Under the pieces are notes generated by a model, which was not told the origin of the DNA, ran no database searches, and saw only the letters and a list, made by a program, of their open reading frames with translations. Positions 26,901 to 39,770 of a stretch of 64,000 nucleotides of DNA are shown piece by piece. Each line of letters opens with the position of its first letter. The first letter of the stretch is position 1. The DNA comes from Pristiophorus japonicus (taxonomy: Eukaryota): NCBI RefSeq assembly GCF_044704955.1, contig NC_091989.1, positions 116,312,001 through 116,376,000 on the forward strand. Reading direction: 5' to 3'. A program made the position numbers and the translations under genes.

Positions 26901-28442
26901 CCGGCAGATCAAAACCTAGACAAGCCAGGACCCCTTATTATCTCTAGTCAAAAGCTGTGTGCTTCATGGGAGCTGGTCCAGTGTCCCAGTGGAAATGCAG
27001 GAAGAGATAAAGCCGTTCCAGCGGCGCAAAGGTGAAATGTCTATACAGGCAGACTGCCTTCTTTGGGGCAATTGAGTAATGGTCCCCAAGAAGGGCAGAG
27101 ACACCTTCATCAATGACCTCCACAGTACTCACCCAGGCATCGTAATGATGAAAGTGATAGCCAGATCCCACGTGTGGTGGCCCGGTTTCGATGCGGACTT
27201 AAGAGTCCTGCGTTCACAGATGTAATACATGCTCGTAGTAAAGCAATGTACCCAGGGAGGAGCCGCTAAGTTTATGTTCTTGGCCCTCCAAACCATGGTC
27301 TAAGGTACACGTCGACTATGCATTCCCGTTCTTGGGTAAAATGTTCCTTGTGGTTGTAGATGCGTAATCCAAATGGATTGAATGTGAGATAATGTTGGCT
27401 AGCACGTCCGCTGCCACCACTGAAAACCTGCGGGCCATGTTTGCCACACACGGCCTACCCGATGTCCTGGTGAGCGACAACGGGCCATGTTTTACCAGTG
27501 CTGAGTTCAAAGAATTCATGACCCGTAACGGGATCAAACATGTCACATCTGCCCCATTTAAATCAGCGTCCACTGGCCATGCAGAGAGAGCAGTGCAAAA
27601 CATCAAGCAAGGCTTGAAGAGGGTAACTGAAGGCTCACTGCAGACGCGCCTATCCCGAGTCCTGCTTAGCTACAGCACGAGACCCCACTCACTCACTGGG
27701 ATCCCACCTGCTGAACTGCTCATGAAAAGAGCACTTAAGACAAGGCTCTCGTTAGTTCACCCTGATCTACATGAACAAGTAAAGAGCAGGCAGCTTCAAC
27801 AAAGTGCATACCATGATAGCGCAAATGTGTCACGCGAGATTTAATACAATGATCCTGTATTTGTAAAAAATTATGGACAAGGTCCCAAGTGGCTTCCCGG
27901 CACTGTTGTGGCCAAAGAGGGGAGCAGGGTGTTTCGGGGCAAACTTTCTAATGCACTCATTCATCGGAAACACTTGGACCAAATCAAACTCAGATTCACA
28001 GACTATCCTGAGCAAGCCACCTTGGACCCTACCTTTTTTGATTCCCCCAACATACACACCAGTGGCAACCGGCACCATGGTTGACCACGAAGCAGAACCC
28101 ATCATCCACAGCAGCCCAGCAGGGCCAACAACACACCAGCCCAGCGAGGGCACAGCCAACACACCAGAACAGACATTTGTACCGAGGTGGTCCACCAGGG
28201 AAAGAAAGGCTCCCGACCGCCTCACCTTGTAAATAGTTTTCACTTTGACTTTGGGGGTGGAGTGATGTTGTGTATCTGTAAAGCATGCACTCCCAGGGAG
28301 CTCATCCCCTGAAGTCCCAAGGGATCCCAGCATCTCTTGGGAGCACTGTATATAAGCCGGCCCCTAAGGCCTGTTCCTCACTCTGGAGTATTAAAGACTG
28401 AGGTGACTGTTACTTTAACCTCCTTGTGTTCGGAACACAATA
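23955..28442 (+). mobile_element. Gypsy (Mag-like) LTR retrotransposon A, decayed gag-PR-RT-RH-IN; 5' LTR type A (23955-24166), 3' LTR type B (28266-28442)
   Basis: TG..CA 5' LTR, PBS tggcga at 24169, RT FQDD, RNase H CDASSYGVG, integrase SDNGPCF..GHAER, and a polypurine tract before 28266. Confidence 0.93.
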
Positions 28443-28687
28443 GGTGGTAGTTTGTAAGGACGGCGAGATCAAGGATTGTTTTTTTGAGGAGAATGGTGAT
28501 GACGGCAGATTTGAAGGAGAGGGGGACAGTACCTGAAGAGAGTTGGGTGGTCAGTAGTTTAGTCGGAATAGGATCGAGGGAGCAGGAAGTGAATCTCATG
28601 GACAAGGTGAGCGCAGAGAGAGCATGAGGGGAGATTGGAGGGAAACTGGTGAAAGATGCGAATTCAGGGCGAGGGCACAGTGGTAAC

Positions 28688-31600
28688 TGTTGTGTATGGA
28701 GAAATAGTCAGACTGAACACTGTGAGCTCAAAGTAAAGTGTGACCGTAGTCTTTTATTGCAGGTCTTCAGAGTGCCTCTCCAACCTGTAAAGCCTCCTTA
28801 AATATCTGTGCTCCCAAGGGATTATGGGATCCCTTGGGACTCCAGGGGGTGAGCCCTCTGGTGGCTGTACAGAGTAAATAAAAGTATACATCTATAACAA
28901 CACTCCCCCCCATCCCGCCCCACCCCAAAGTCAATAGTGTAACTATTTACAATGTGAGTTGATCTGTGGCCCTTATTGCCCTGGTTGATTGTCTCGGTGT
29001 GAAAGCTGGTGTTGTTGAATCATTTGTTGAGCCCTCGCTGGGCTGCTGTGTGAGCCTGGCCTTGCTGGGCTGTTGGGCGTGATGGGTTCGATTTCCTGGT
29101 CCGGGGTGGTGTCGTTGATCCTTTGGGTGTGTGTTGTGGGCTCGAAAAAGGTGGTGTCTGCTGTGGGTTGTTCAGGGCAGTCTGTGAACCGCAGTCTCGT
29201 TTGGTCCAGGTGCTTTCTGCAAATTTGTCCATTGTCTAGTTTGACTACAAACACCCTACTCCCTTCTTTAGTTATCACCGTGCCCGCGATCCACTTGGGC
29301 CATGTCCATAGTTTAGCACATACACAGGGTCATTCAGATCAATTTCCCGTGACACAGTGGCGCGACCATCGTTTACATTTTTTTGCTGCCGCCTGCTCTC
29401 TACCTGATCATGCAGGTTGGGGTGAACCAGCGAGAGTCTGGTTTTAAGTGTCCTTTTCATGAGTAACTCAGCCGGGGGCACCCCTTTGAGTGAGTGGGGT
29501 CTCGTGCGGTAGCTGAGCAGTACTCGGAACAGGAGGATTTGGAGTGAGCCTTCTGTGACTCGTTTAAGGCTCTGTTTGATTGTTTGTACTGCCCGCTCTG
29601 CCTGCCCATTGGAGGCTGGTTTAAACGGGGTCGAGGTGACATGTTTGATCCCATTGCGGGTCATGAATTCTTTAAATTCGGTACTGGTGAAACATGCCCC
29701 GTTGTCACTGACCAGTATGTCAGGCAGGCCGTGGGTGGCAAACATGGTCCTCAGGCTTTCAATGGTGGTGGTGGCGGTGCTTCCCGACATTATTTCACAT
29801 TCAACCCATTTTGAAAAAGCATCCACCACCACAAGAAACATTTTGCCGAGAAACGGGCCCGCAAAGTCGACATGGATCCTCGACCATGGTCTGGAGGGCC
29901 AGGACCACAATTTTAGTGGTGCTTCTCTGGGCGTGTTGCTCAACTGAGCACACATGCTGCATTGCCGTACACAGGACTCTAAGTTAGAGTTGATACCGGG
30001 CCACCACACGTGGGATCTGGCTATCGCTTTCATCATTACTATACCCGGGTGTGTGCTGTGGAGATCCGAGATGAACGTCTCCCTGCCCTTTTTTGGTAGC
30101 ACTACGCGGTTACCCCACAACAGACAGTCTGCCTGAATGGACAGCTCGTCCTTTCGCCGCTGGAACGGCTTGATTGGCTCTTGCATTTCAACGGGAATGC
30201 TGGCCCAGCTCCCATGCAGTGCACAGTTTTTTTTACTAGGGACAGCAGAGGATCTTGGCTGGTCCAAGTCGTAAACTGGCGGGCCGTGACAGGTGATTTA
30301 TAATTTTCAAACGCTTCCATGACCATGAACAAGTCTGCAGGCTGCGCCACCATCAACAAGTTTGCAGGCTGCGCCATTTCCACCCTCGTGGTGGGCAATG
30401 GTAGCCGACTGAGAGCATCCACACAGTTCTCGGTGCCTGGCCTGTGGCGGATGGTATAGTTATACGCTGATAGCGCGAGTGCCCACCTTTGTATGCAGGC
30501 TGAGGCATTAGTATTTATCCCCTTGTTTTCAGCGAATAGGGATGTAAGGGGTTTGTGATCGGTTTCAGCTCAAATTTGAGGTCAACCAGGTACTGATGCA
30601 TTTTCTTTACCCCGAACACACACGCTAATGCCTCTTTCTCAATCATGCTGTAGGCCCTCTCGGCCTTAGACAAGCTCCTGGAAGCATAGGTGACAGATTG
30701 CAACTTCCCCGCAATGTTAACTTGTTGTAATACACACCCGACTCCATACGACGACGCATCACATGCTCGCACAGTCTTTTACACGGGTTATACAATACAA
30801 GCAGCTTGTTAGAGCATAAAATGTTTCTGGCTTTCTCAAAAGCAATTACTTGGTCTTTTCCCCATACCCAGTTCTCACCTTTGTGCAATAACACATGTAG
30901 GGGCTCTAAGAGGGTGCTTAACCCCGGTAGAAAGTTACCAAAATAGTTGAGGAGTCCCAGGAACGACTGCAGCTCCGTGACGTTCTGTGGCCTGAGCGCA
31001 TTCCTGATAGCCTCGGTCTTGGCATCTGTGGGCCGAATGCCATCCGTTGCGATCTTTCTCCCCAAAAACTCAATTTCTGTTGCCATGAAGACGCATTTCG
31101 ACCTCTTCAGCCGCAGCCCTATGCGATCCAGTCGCTGGAGGACTTCCTCCATGTTTTGTAGGTGCTCGGGCGGTGTCCCAACCCGTGATCAATATGTCGT
31201 CCTGAAAGACCACCGTGTGTGGTACCGACTTGAGTAGGCTCTACCATGTTTCGCTGGAAGATCGCTGCAGCCGACCGAATTCCAAATGGGCATCTGTTGT
31301 AGATGAACAGTCCCTTGTGTGTGTTGATGCAAGTGAGGCCCTTCGAAGACTCCTCCAGCTCCTGTGTCATGAAGGCCGAAGTCAGGTCGAGCTTGGTGAA
31401 CGTCTTGTCTCCTGCCAGTGTCGCAAATAGGTCGTCTGCCTTAGGTAGTGTGTATTGGTCCTGTAGTGGGAAACGATTAATAGTTACTTTATAATCGCCG
31501 CAAATCCTGACCGTGCCATCACTTTTGAGTACTGGAACAATCGGGCTGGCCCATTCGCTGAATTTCACTGGGGAGATGATGCCCTCGTGTTGCAGCCTGT

Positions 31601-33282
31601 CCAGCTCGATTTCCACTCTCTCCCTCATCATGTGAGGTACCGATTGCGTCTTGTGGTGAAAGGGTCATGCCTCTGGGACCAAGAGGATCCGCACCTTCGC
31701 TCCGGAAAAGTTTCCAATGCCTGGCTCAAAAAGGGAAGGAAATTTGTTAAGAACCTGGGTACATGAGGCCTCATCGACATGTGATAGCGCTTGGATGTCA
31801 TCCCAGTTGCAGTGGATTTTGCCCAGCCAGCTCCTTCCAAGCAGTGTGGGACCATCGCCCGGGATAATCCAGAGTGGCAGTTTGTGCACTGTGCCCTTGT
31901 AGGTGACCTTAACCATGGCGATGCCCAGGACAGTGATAAGCTCTTTGGTGTACGTTCTCAGTTTCGTGTGGATGGGGCTCAGGGCTGGTCTGCATGCCTT
32001 GTTGCACCACAGTCTCTCAAACATCTTTTTACTCATGATGGATTGGCTTGCGCCAGTGTCTAGTTCCATCTCTGCGGGTAAGCCATTCAATTTTACGTTT
32101 AGCATTATAGGTGGATATTTCGTCGAAAATGTGTGCACCCCGTGTACTTCAGCATCTGCCTCCTCTCTCTGAGGCTGGAAATTGCTTTGATCCACCATGG
32201 ACTGATCTTCCTCTGCCATGTGGTGGTTAGCAGGTTTTGCAGAGCTTGCAGCTCATTTGCAAGCTTGTTGGAGGTGCCCCATTGTTCCACAGCTCTTGCA
32301 AACATACCCTTTGAAGCGGCGTGAATAGGCTGAATGGAAGCCTCCATAAGGTCAACAAGGTGTGAATTGCCTTGCATTCATCCTTTGTTGGGGATTCTGA
32401 GTCATCTGGGTCACCCGAGGCCTGCTGGCAGTTGCAGACTCGTGGGTTCTGCCCTGTACATTTCTGCTCGCAAACACAGTTCCAGTTAATTTATGAACAT
32501 TGCTAGCACTTGTGTGCTGAGAGATTTGTTTGGTGTTATTACTGGTGGACATAAACGCCTGTGCTATCGCAATGGCCTTACTGAGGGACGGTGTCTCTAC
32601 AGTCAAAAGTTTTCATAGGATGGTCTTGTGGCCGATGCCCAGTACAAAAAACTCTCTGAGCATTTGCTCCAGGTAGTCATCGAACTCACATTGTCCTGCA
32701 AGTTGCCTTAGCTCGGCGACGTAGCTCGCCACTTCCTGACCTTCAGATCGCTGGCATGTGTTAAACCGATACCTCACCATCAGCACGCTCCCCCTCGGGT
32801 CAAGATGCTCCCGAACCAATGTACACAGCTCCTCATACGACTTATCTGTGGGTTTCACTGGAGCCAGAAGATTCTTCATGAGGCTGTAGGTCGGTGCCCC
32901 GCAGACTGTGAGGAGGACTGCTCTCCTTTTTGCAGCGGTTCCTTCTCCGTCCAGCTCGTTGGCTACAAAGCCGTTCAACATAGGCTTCCCAGTCCTCACC
33001 CCCCGAGAACTTCTCCAGAATGCCCACAGTTTGCTGCATCTTTGCATTGGATTTGTATTCTCGTCGCCAGTTATTGTGTTCCTAACACAGATGAGGCTGC
33101 ACACAGGGAGGTTAAAGTAACAGTGACCTCAGTCTTTATTAAGACACTCCAGAGTGAGGAACAGAACTTAGGGGCCGGCTTATATACAGTGCTCCCAAGA
33201 GATGCTGGGATCCCTTGGGACTTCAGGGGATGAGCTCCCTGGTGGCGGAACATGGGAATGCATGCTTTACAGATACACAACA
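28688..33282 (-). mobile_element. Gypsy (Mag-like) LTR retrotransposon B, decayed; 5' LTR type B (33072-33282), 3' LTR type A (28688-28899)
   Basis: PBS tggcgacgag below 33070, protease LDTGAS, RT/RNase H fragments, and integrase ORF 29275-30267. Confidence 0.93.
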
Positions 33283-33684
33283 CCACCCATCTCCAACCTC
33301 GCTTTCCTCTCCAAAGTCCTTGAACATGTTATCGCCTCCCAAATCCGTGCCCATCTTTCCCGGAACGCCATGTTTGAATCCCTCCAATCAGGTTTCCGCC
33401 CTTGCCGCAGTACTGAAATGGCTCTTATCAAAATCACAAATGGCATCCAATGTAACTGCGACAAAGGCAAACTATCCCTCCTCGTCCTTCTTGACTTGTC
33501 TGCAGCCTTTGACACGGTTGACCACTCTATCCTTCTCCAACGCCTCTCCACTCTCATCCAGCTGGGTGGGACTGCACTCGCCTGGTTCCATTCTTACCTA
33601 TCTTAGCATAGCCAGAGAATCACCTGGCAATGGCTTCTCTTCCTGTTTCAGCACCATTACCTCTGCTTTCTCCCAAGGAACCAT

Positions 33685-34158
33685 ACTGATTCCCGGGATG
33701 GCGGGACTGACATATCAAGAAAGACTGGATCAACTGGGCTTGTATTCACTGAAGTTCAGAAGAATGAGAGGGGATCTCATAGAAACGTTTAAAATTCTGA
33801 TGGGTTTAGACAGGTTAGATGCAGGAACAATGTTCCCAATGTTGGGGAAGTCCAGAACCAGGGGTCACAGTCTAATGATAATGGGTAAGCCATTTAGGAC
33901 CGAGATGAGGAGAAACTTTTTCACCCAGAGAGTGGTAAACCTGTGGAATTCTCTACCACAGAAAGTTGTTGAGGCCAATTCACTAAATATATTCAAAAAG
34001 GAGTTAGATGTAGTCCTTACTACCAGGGGGATCAAGGGGTATGGCGAGAAAGCAGGAGTGGAGTACTGAGGTGAATGATCAGCCATGATCTTATTGAATG
34101 GTGGTGCAGGCTCGAAGAGCCGAATGGCCTACTCCTGCACCTATTGCCTATGTTTCTA
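33685..34158 (+). mobile_element. CR1 3' fragment inserted in the L2
   Basis: LIPGMAGLTYQERLDQLGLYSL..RNFFTQRVVNLWNSLP and a tgtttctat tail; the L2 resumes afterwards. Confidence 0.88.
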
Positions 34159-35085
34159 TCCTTGGACCCCTCCTATTTCTCATCTACAAGCTGCCAATCG
34201 GCGACATCATCCAAAACCACATCAGTTTCCACATCAACACACTGATGACACCCAGCTCCACCTCACCACCACCTCTCTTGACCCCTCCACTGTCTCTAAA
34301 TTATCAGACTGCTTGTCCTAAATCCAGTACTGGATGAGCAGAAATTTTCACCAACTAAATATGAGGAAGACAGAAGCCATAGTTTTTGGTTCCCGCCACC
34401 AACTTTGTTCCCTAACCACCGACTCCATCCCTCTCCCTGGAAACTGTCTGAGGCTGAACCGGACTATTTGCAACCTTGGTATTATATTTGACCCCAAAAT
34501 GAACTTCTGACCACCTATCTGCACCATCACTAAGGCCTCCTATTTCCACCTCCAGAACATCGCTCTACTCCACCCCTGCCTCAGCTCGTCTGCTGCTGAA
34601 AGCCTCATCCATGCGTTTGTTACCTCTAGACTTGGCTATTCCAAAGCACTCTTGGCCAGCCTCCCACTGCTCTACCCTCTGTAAACTTGAGGTCATCCAA
34701 AACTCTGCTGCCCGTGTCCTATGCACCCATCATCCCTGTGCTCGCTGGCCTACATTGGCTCCCAGTTAAGCAACGCCTCAATTTAAAAATTCTCATCCTT
34801 GTTTTCAAATCCCTCCATGGCCTCACCCATCCCTTGAATATCGAAGGTTAAGGGGTGATTTGTTTGAGATTTTTACTTGGCATATCTCTGACATCTCCTT
34901 CAGCCCATAACCCATCTGCGATATTTGCGCTCCTCTAATTCTGGCCTCTTGAGCATCCTTGATTTTAATCGCTCCACCATTGGTGGCCGAGCCTACAGCT
35001 GCCTGGGCCCTAAGCTCTGGAACTTCCTCCCTAAATCTCTCCCCCTTGCTACCTCTCCTTTCTCCTTTAAAACACTCCTTAAAAC

Positions 35086-38000
35086 TGTAATGTATGTATG
35101 CCTGGGTTTACCTGCCACCAGGGGGATGCGAATGTCGGAGGTCATTGGGCCACAGACACACACGTGCAGCCCTGATATATAAAGAAAGCCTCCATGTTTA
35201 ATCCTCACTTTGAGAGCTAATAAAGTAGAGTCAGGTCGCACCTGACTGAGTTCACGGTACTAAGCCTATTGAGTTATTGCATACGCAACATTTGGCGAAG
35301 AGGCACAATACAAACTTTCACACACAAAACAAAAAAATGAGCACCGCTGGAATCCTGGAGCGATTCTTGGTGGGAGGATTTTACAAATCGCCTCGACCAG
35401 TACTTCGTGGTCAACAAGGTGGATGAAGACACTGACGCAGTTAGGTGCACAGCGGTTTTCCTCATGGTTTGTGGCCCAAATATCTATGGCCTCATAAAGA
35501 ATCTGCTCTCACCTGCACGTCCAACGGAAAAGACCTATGAGGAATTGTGTGCTTTAATTCGGGACCATCTCAAACCTAAAGAAGGCATCATTATCTCGAG
35601 GTATCGCTTTTACAAGAATGTTCGTTCTGAGGGCCAGGACGTGGTGGAATTTGTTGTCGACCTGTGTCGGTTTGGAACCGCGTTGGAAGACATGTGCGCG
35701 ACGTCTTTGGAATAGGCCTAAACCACGAGATGATCCTGCAGAAGCTGCTGGCTGCGGAGACGCTGGATCTGAGCAGGGCTATCACAATTGCCCAGGCTTG
35801 CCTGGCCACGGTCGATAGTACAAAGCAGATATCCTCGCAGAGTCGGAATTCCACGGCAAGTACTGTGCACCAGATTGTGTCGTCGGTTCGCAGAGCTGCA
35901 TCTGGCAGGGCCTACCCGACTTTGTTTGCGAAACCTATAGCTGCTTGAAGTCTGCCATTGGGCACGAATCCGATTTCACCCTGTTGGCATTGTGGGGGCA
36001 ATCATCAGCCTCATCAGTGCCGTTTCAAACAGTATATTTGTAGAGGCTGTGCGAAAATGTGGCACCTTCAGCGGATGTGTCCGCAGCTCAGCAAGCGTGT
36101 TGTGACACACCACGTGGATGATGATGACCGATCCGGAGCGGATCCGGCAATGCAACCCGAGATACCGAGGAGGAAGTGTATAGTGTACATTCATTCCTGA
36201 CAAAGAGCTAACCGATAATGATTGAAGTAAAATTGAACGGCGTGCCGGTATCTATGGAATTAGATATGGGTGCGAGTCAGTCAATTATGAGCCAGAGGAC
36301 TTTCGAAAACCTGTGGGACACCAAGGCCGTGAAACCCAAGCTGAGTTCAGTAAATGCAAAATTGCGTACCTACACCAAAGTGTTCATACCAGTGATTGGC
36401 AGTGAAGCAGTCAAGGTGTCGTACGATTGGATGGTTCATGATCTATCGCTGTGGATCGCTCCAGGCAGTGGTCCAACGCTGTTCGGCAGGAGTTGACTCG
36501 AAAAAATTAAGTGGAACTGGAACGATATGAAAGCTTTGTCATCAGTGGATGACGCTTCGTGTGCTCAAGTGCTGAGCAAATTTCCCTCGTTGTTTGAACC
36601 GGGCATCGGTAACTTCACGGGAGCCAAGGTACAGATCCACCTGGACTCGGATGCAAGACCCGTCCATCACAAAGCCCAGGCGGTCCCGTACATGATGAGG
36701 GAGAAGGTCGAAATCAAACTGGACAGACTCCAAGGTGAGGGGGTCATTTCACCAGTCGAATTTAACGAATGGGCTAATCCCATTGTTTCTGTGCTAAAGA
36801 GTGATGGCACTGTCAAGATTTGTGGAGCCTACAAGGTTACGATCAACTGAATTTCGAAACAGGATTAGTACCCATTACCAAAGGCTGATGACCTATTTGC
36901 AATGCTAGCCGGGGGAAAGTTGTTCACCAAATTGGATCTGACATCGGCCCATATGACACAGGAGCTTGTTGAATCATCGAAGAAACTTACATGCACCAAT
37001 ACGCATAAAGGGCTGTTCATTTACAACAGCTGTCCTTTCGGAATTTGCTCGGCTACAACCATATTTCAGAGAAACATGGAGAGTTTACTGAAGTCCGTCC
37101 CTAGAACCATGTTGTTCCAAGACAACATTCTGGTCACAGGTTGTGACACTGCCAGACACCTGCACAACCTGGAAGAGGTTCTACGTTGTCTGGACAAAGT
37201 GGGGGTCAGGTTGAAATGTTCAAAGTGCGACTTTATGGCACTGGAAGTCAAATTCCTGGGAAGGAAGATTGCTGCAGACGGCATCAGGCCTACGGACTCA
37301 AAAACAGAGGCCATCAAAAATGCACCCAGACCCCAGAATGTGACAGAGCTGCGTTCATTCCTTGGTCTTCTCAACTACTTCGGTAATTTCTTACTTAAAT
37401 TGAGCACATTATTAGAGCCACTGCGCATGCTGCTCAGAAAAGGTGACAACTGGGTTTGGGGTGTATCTCAAGATCACAAGTTAGGACCTGGACCAGCCAG
37501 GATCCGATCTTATTGGTTGTAAAACGTTGCGTCCTTAGTGGTGATTGGTCGGCCATTCCCAGGGAAGTGTGTGATGAGACCAAACCTTACAACCGTTGCA
37601 AAGATGAACTATACATTCAATCTGATTGTTTGCTATGGGGTAATCGTGTTGTTGTGCCCAGGGAGAGATTTGTACGGGATTTACACAGTATCTATCCCGG
37701 TATTGTGATGATGAAGATCATTGCCAGATCTCATATTTGGTGGCCTGGCATTGACTCTGATTTGGAGTCATGTGTGCATCAGTGCAACACTTGCATGCAG
37801 TTAAGCAATGCACCAGTGGAATCTCCGCTAAGTCTGTGGTCGTGGCCATCCAAACCGTGGTTGAGGATCCACATCGACTATGTGGGTCCTTTCCTGAGCA
37901 AAATGTTTTTGGTGGTGGTGGATGCGTATTCCAAATGGATAGAATGTGTAATCATGTCATCCAGCACATCCACAGCCATCATTGAGAGCCATCGTGCCAT

Positions 38001-39043
38001 GTTCGCCACTCATGGTCTGCCTGACATCATTGTGAGCAACAACAGATCGTGCTTCACAAGTTTGGAGTTTCAAGCGTTTATGAGACTCAATGATATCAAG
38101 CATGTAAAATCAGCACCACTCAAATCCACTTCCAATGGGCAAGCGGAGCGGGCCGTCCAAACCATCAAGCAGAGCCTGAAACACGTAACTCACGGTTCTT
38201 TGCAGACTCGCTTGTCACGCATACTGCTTAGTTACAGGACGAGGCCTCACACGCTTACCAGGGTCCCCCCGCTGAACTGTTGATGAAGAGAAGTCTCAAG
38301 ATCAGGCTCTCGCTTGTCCACCCTGATCTTAATGATCACGTTGAAAACAGCCGTCAACATCAGCAGTGGTATCATGATCGCACTGCCGTGTCACGCGACA
38401 TCTCTATTAATGATCCTGTGGATGTGCCAAATTATGGTCAAGGCCCCAAGTGGGTCACTGACACTGTTACAGCCAAGGAGAGTAACAGGGTGCTTATTGT
38501 CAGGCTCACTAATGGGCAAACATGCAGGAGTCACATTGATCAGACAAAATTGCGGCACACAGACGAACCGGAACAGCTTGAAGAAGACACTATCAATGAC
38601 CAACTGATTCATATTCAGCCATCAGAAGACCCTGCTGTTGTCAATGAATTTGGACCAGCAATCCCCGACATGGATACTGCCACTCCCATTAGATCGGCTA
38701 TCCAGCCTCAAGTCATGAATGACTCGGAGAGCTCACCCAGATCTCGAATTGAACTGAGACGATCAACTAGGGAGCGGAAAGCCCCGGATCGTCTCAATTT
38801 GTAAATAGGACTGATACCAAGATCTTGAGGGGGGAATGATGTAATGTATGTATGCCTGGGTTTACCTGCCACCAGGGGGAGTGACCATCGGAGGTCATTG
38901 GGCCACAGACACATACGTGCAGCCCTTATATATAAAGAAAGCATCCATGTTTAATCCTCACTTTGAGAGCTAATAAACTAGAGTCAGGTCGCACCTGATT
39001 GAGTTCACGGTACTAAGCCTATTGAGTTATTGCATATGCAACA
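35086..39043 (+). mobile_element. Gypsy LTR retrotransposon C (third family), LTRs 35086-35290 and 38840-39043, RNase H region deleted
   Basis: Matching TG..CA LTRs, perfect 5-bp TSD aaaac (35081-85 and 39044-48), PBS tggcgaagagg, polypurine tract gaggggggaa, and RT and integrase ORFs. Confidence 0.95.
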
Positions 39044-39171
39044 AAAACCTACCTCGTTGACCTGCCCTCATTTCTCCTTATGCTCGGTGTCAAATTGTGT
39101 TTTATAACGCTCCTGTGAAGCACCTTGGGACGTTTTACTACATTAAAGGCGCTATATAAATATAAGTTGTT

Positions 39172-39770
39172 TGTACTGAAGCCCACTGTGCAATTGCTTC
39201 TCCATTATAGTTGCTATCAACATAGCCCCACATTGTGTGGTGGCTCTTAAAGTCTCTGAGATGGATGTTGATGAGGAGAGAACGGTGTGTCAGGCCACTG
39301 TACGAGCAGTGGTTTGTAGATATTGGAGACTGTTAGTTCTCCTACATGTATTTCTGTGGTGAAAACTCTGGCAGTACTGGTATGGTTGAGTTCAGTGCAG
39401 CTTTCGATGCCTTATTTGACATAGCACGCCAGATCATATTTAGAATGGTTATTGCAAGCGATTAGGTCAAAACCTGTAATGCGCCCTCTTGTGTCAACTG
39501 GTGGATGTATTTAATGTGTGTGTTTTCCAAAACCAGGACATCAACGCTGTGTTTCTTGAGTAACATTTCGAGATTCTCATACTTTGAGCGAGAGATGCCT
39601 TCGATATTAAGCTGGCATATTCAGATGGTTGGGCCTACTTGTAGTTTTCTTTGGTCCTGAAGAAGACCGTTTGATTTGCTACTCTCGTCGGACGGTTGAT
39701 TTAACAACAAGTTTGGTGTCCTTTGAGAAGATCACATAAAAGGGTGGGTGGTTATAATCCACCCGCATAA
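39172..39770 (-). mobile_element. 5' (APE endonuclease) part of the Vingi-like LINE
   Basis: Minus-strand QLNIEGISRSKYENLEMLLKKHSVDVLVLENTH-like endonuclease start; flanked by tccataagct, matching tccataaact at 21723-21732. Confidence 0.65.

Larger units (their letters stand above)
23800..39171 (+). mobile_element. L2-clade LINE split by three Gypsy elements and a CR1 fragment (pieces 23800-23954, 28443-28687 inverted, 33283-35085, 39044-39171)
   Basis: ELMDFFVTKIE, SCSLDPIPTKLL, PISNLAFLSKVLE, LLVLLDLSAAFDTVDH, and an L2-type tail aaggcgctatataaatataagttgtt. Confidence 0.85.

Noticed and set aside
33202-34069. 284-aa and 134-aa apparently novel ORFs
   Set aside because: They are chance read-through across LTR, L2 and CR1 junctions. 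The same holds for 61768-62598 and 53976-54455.
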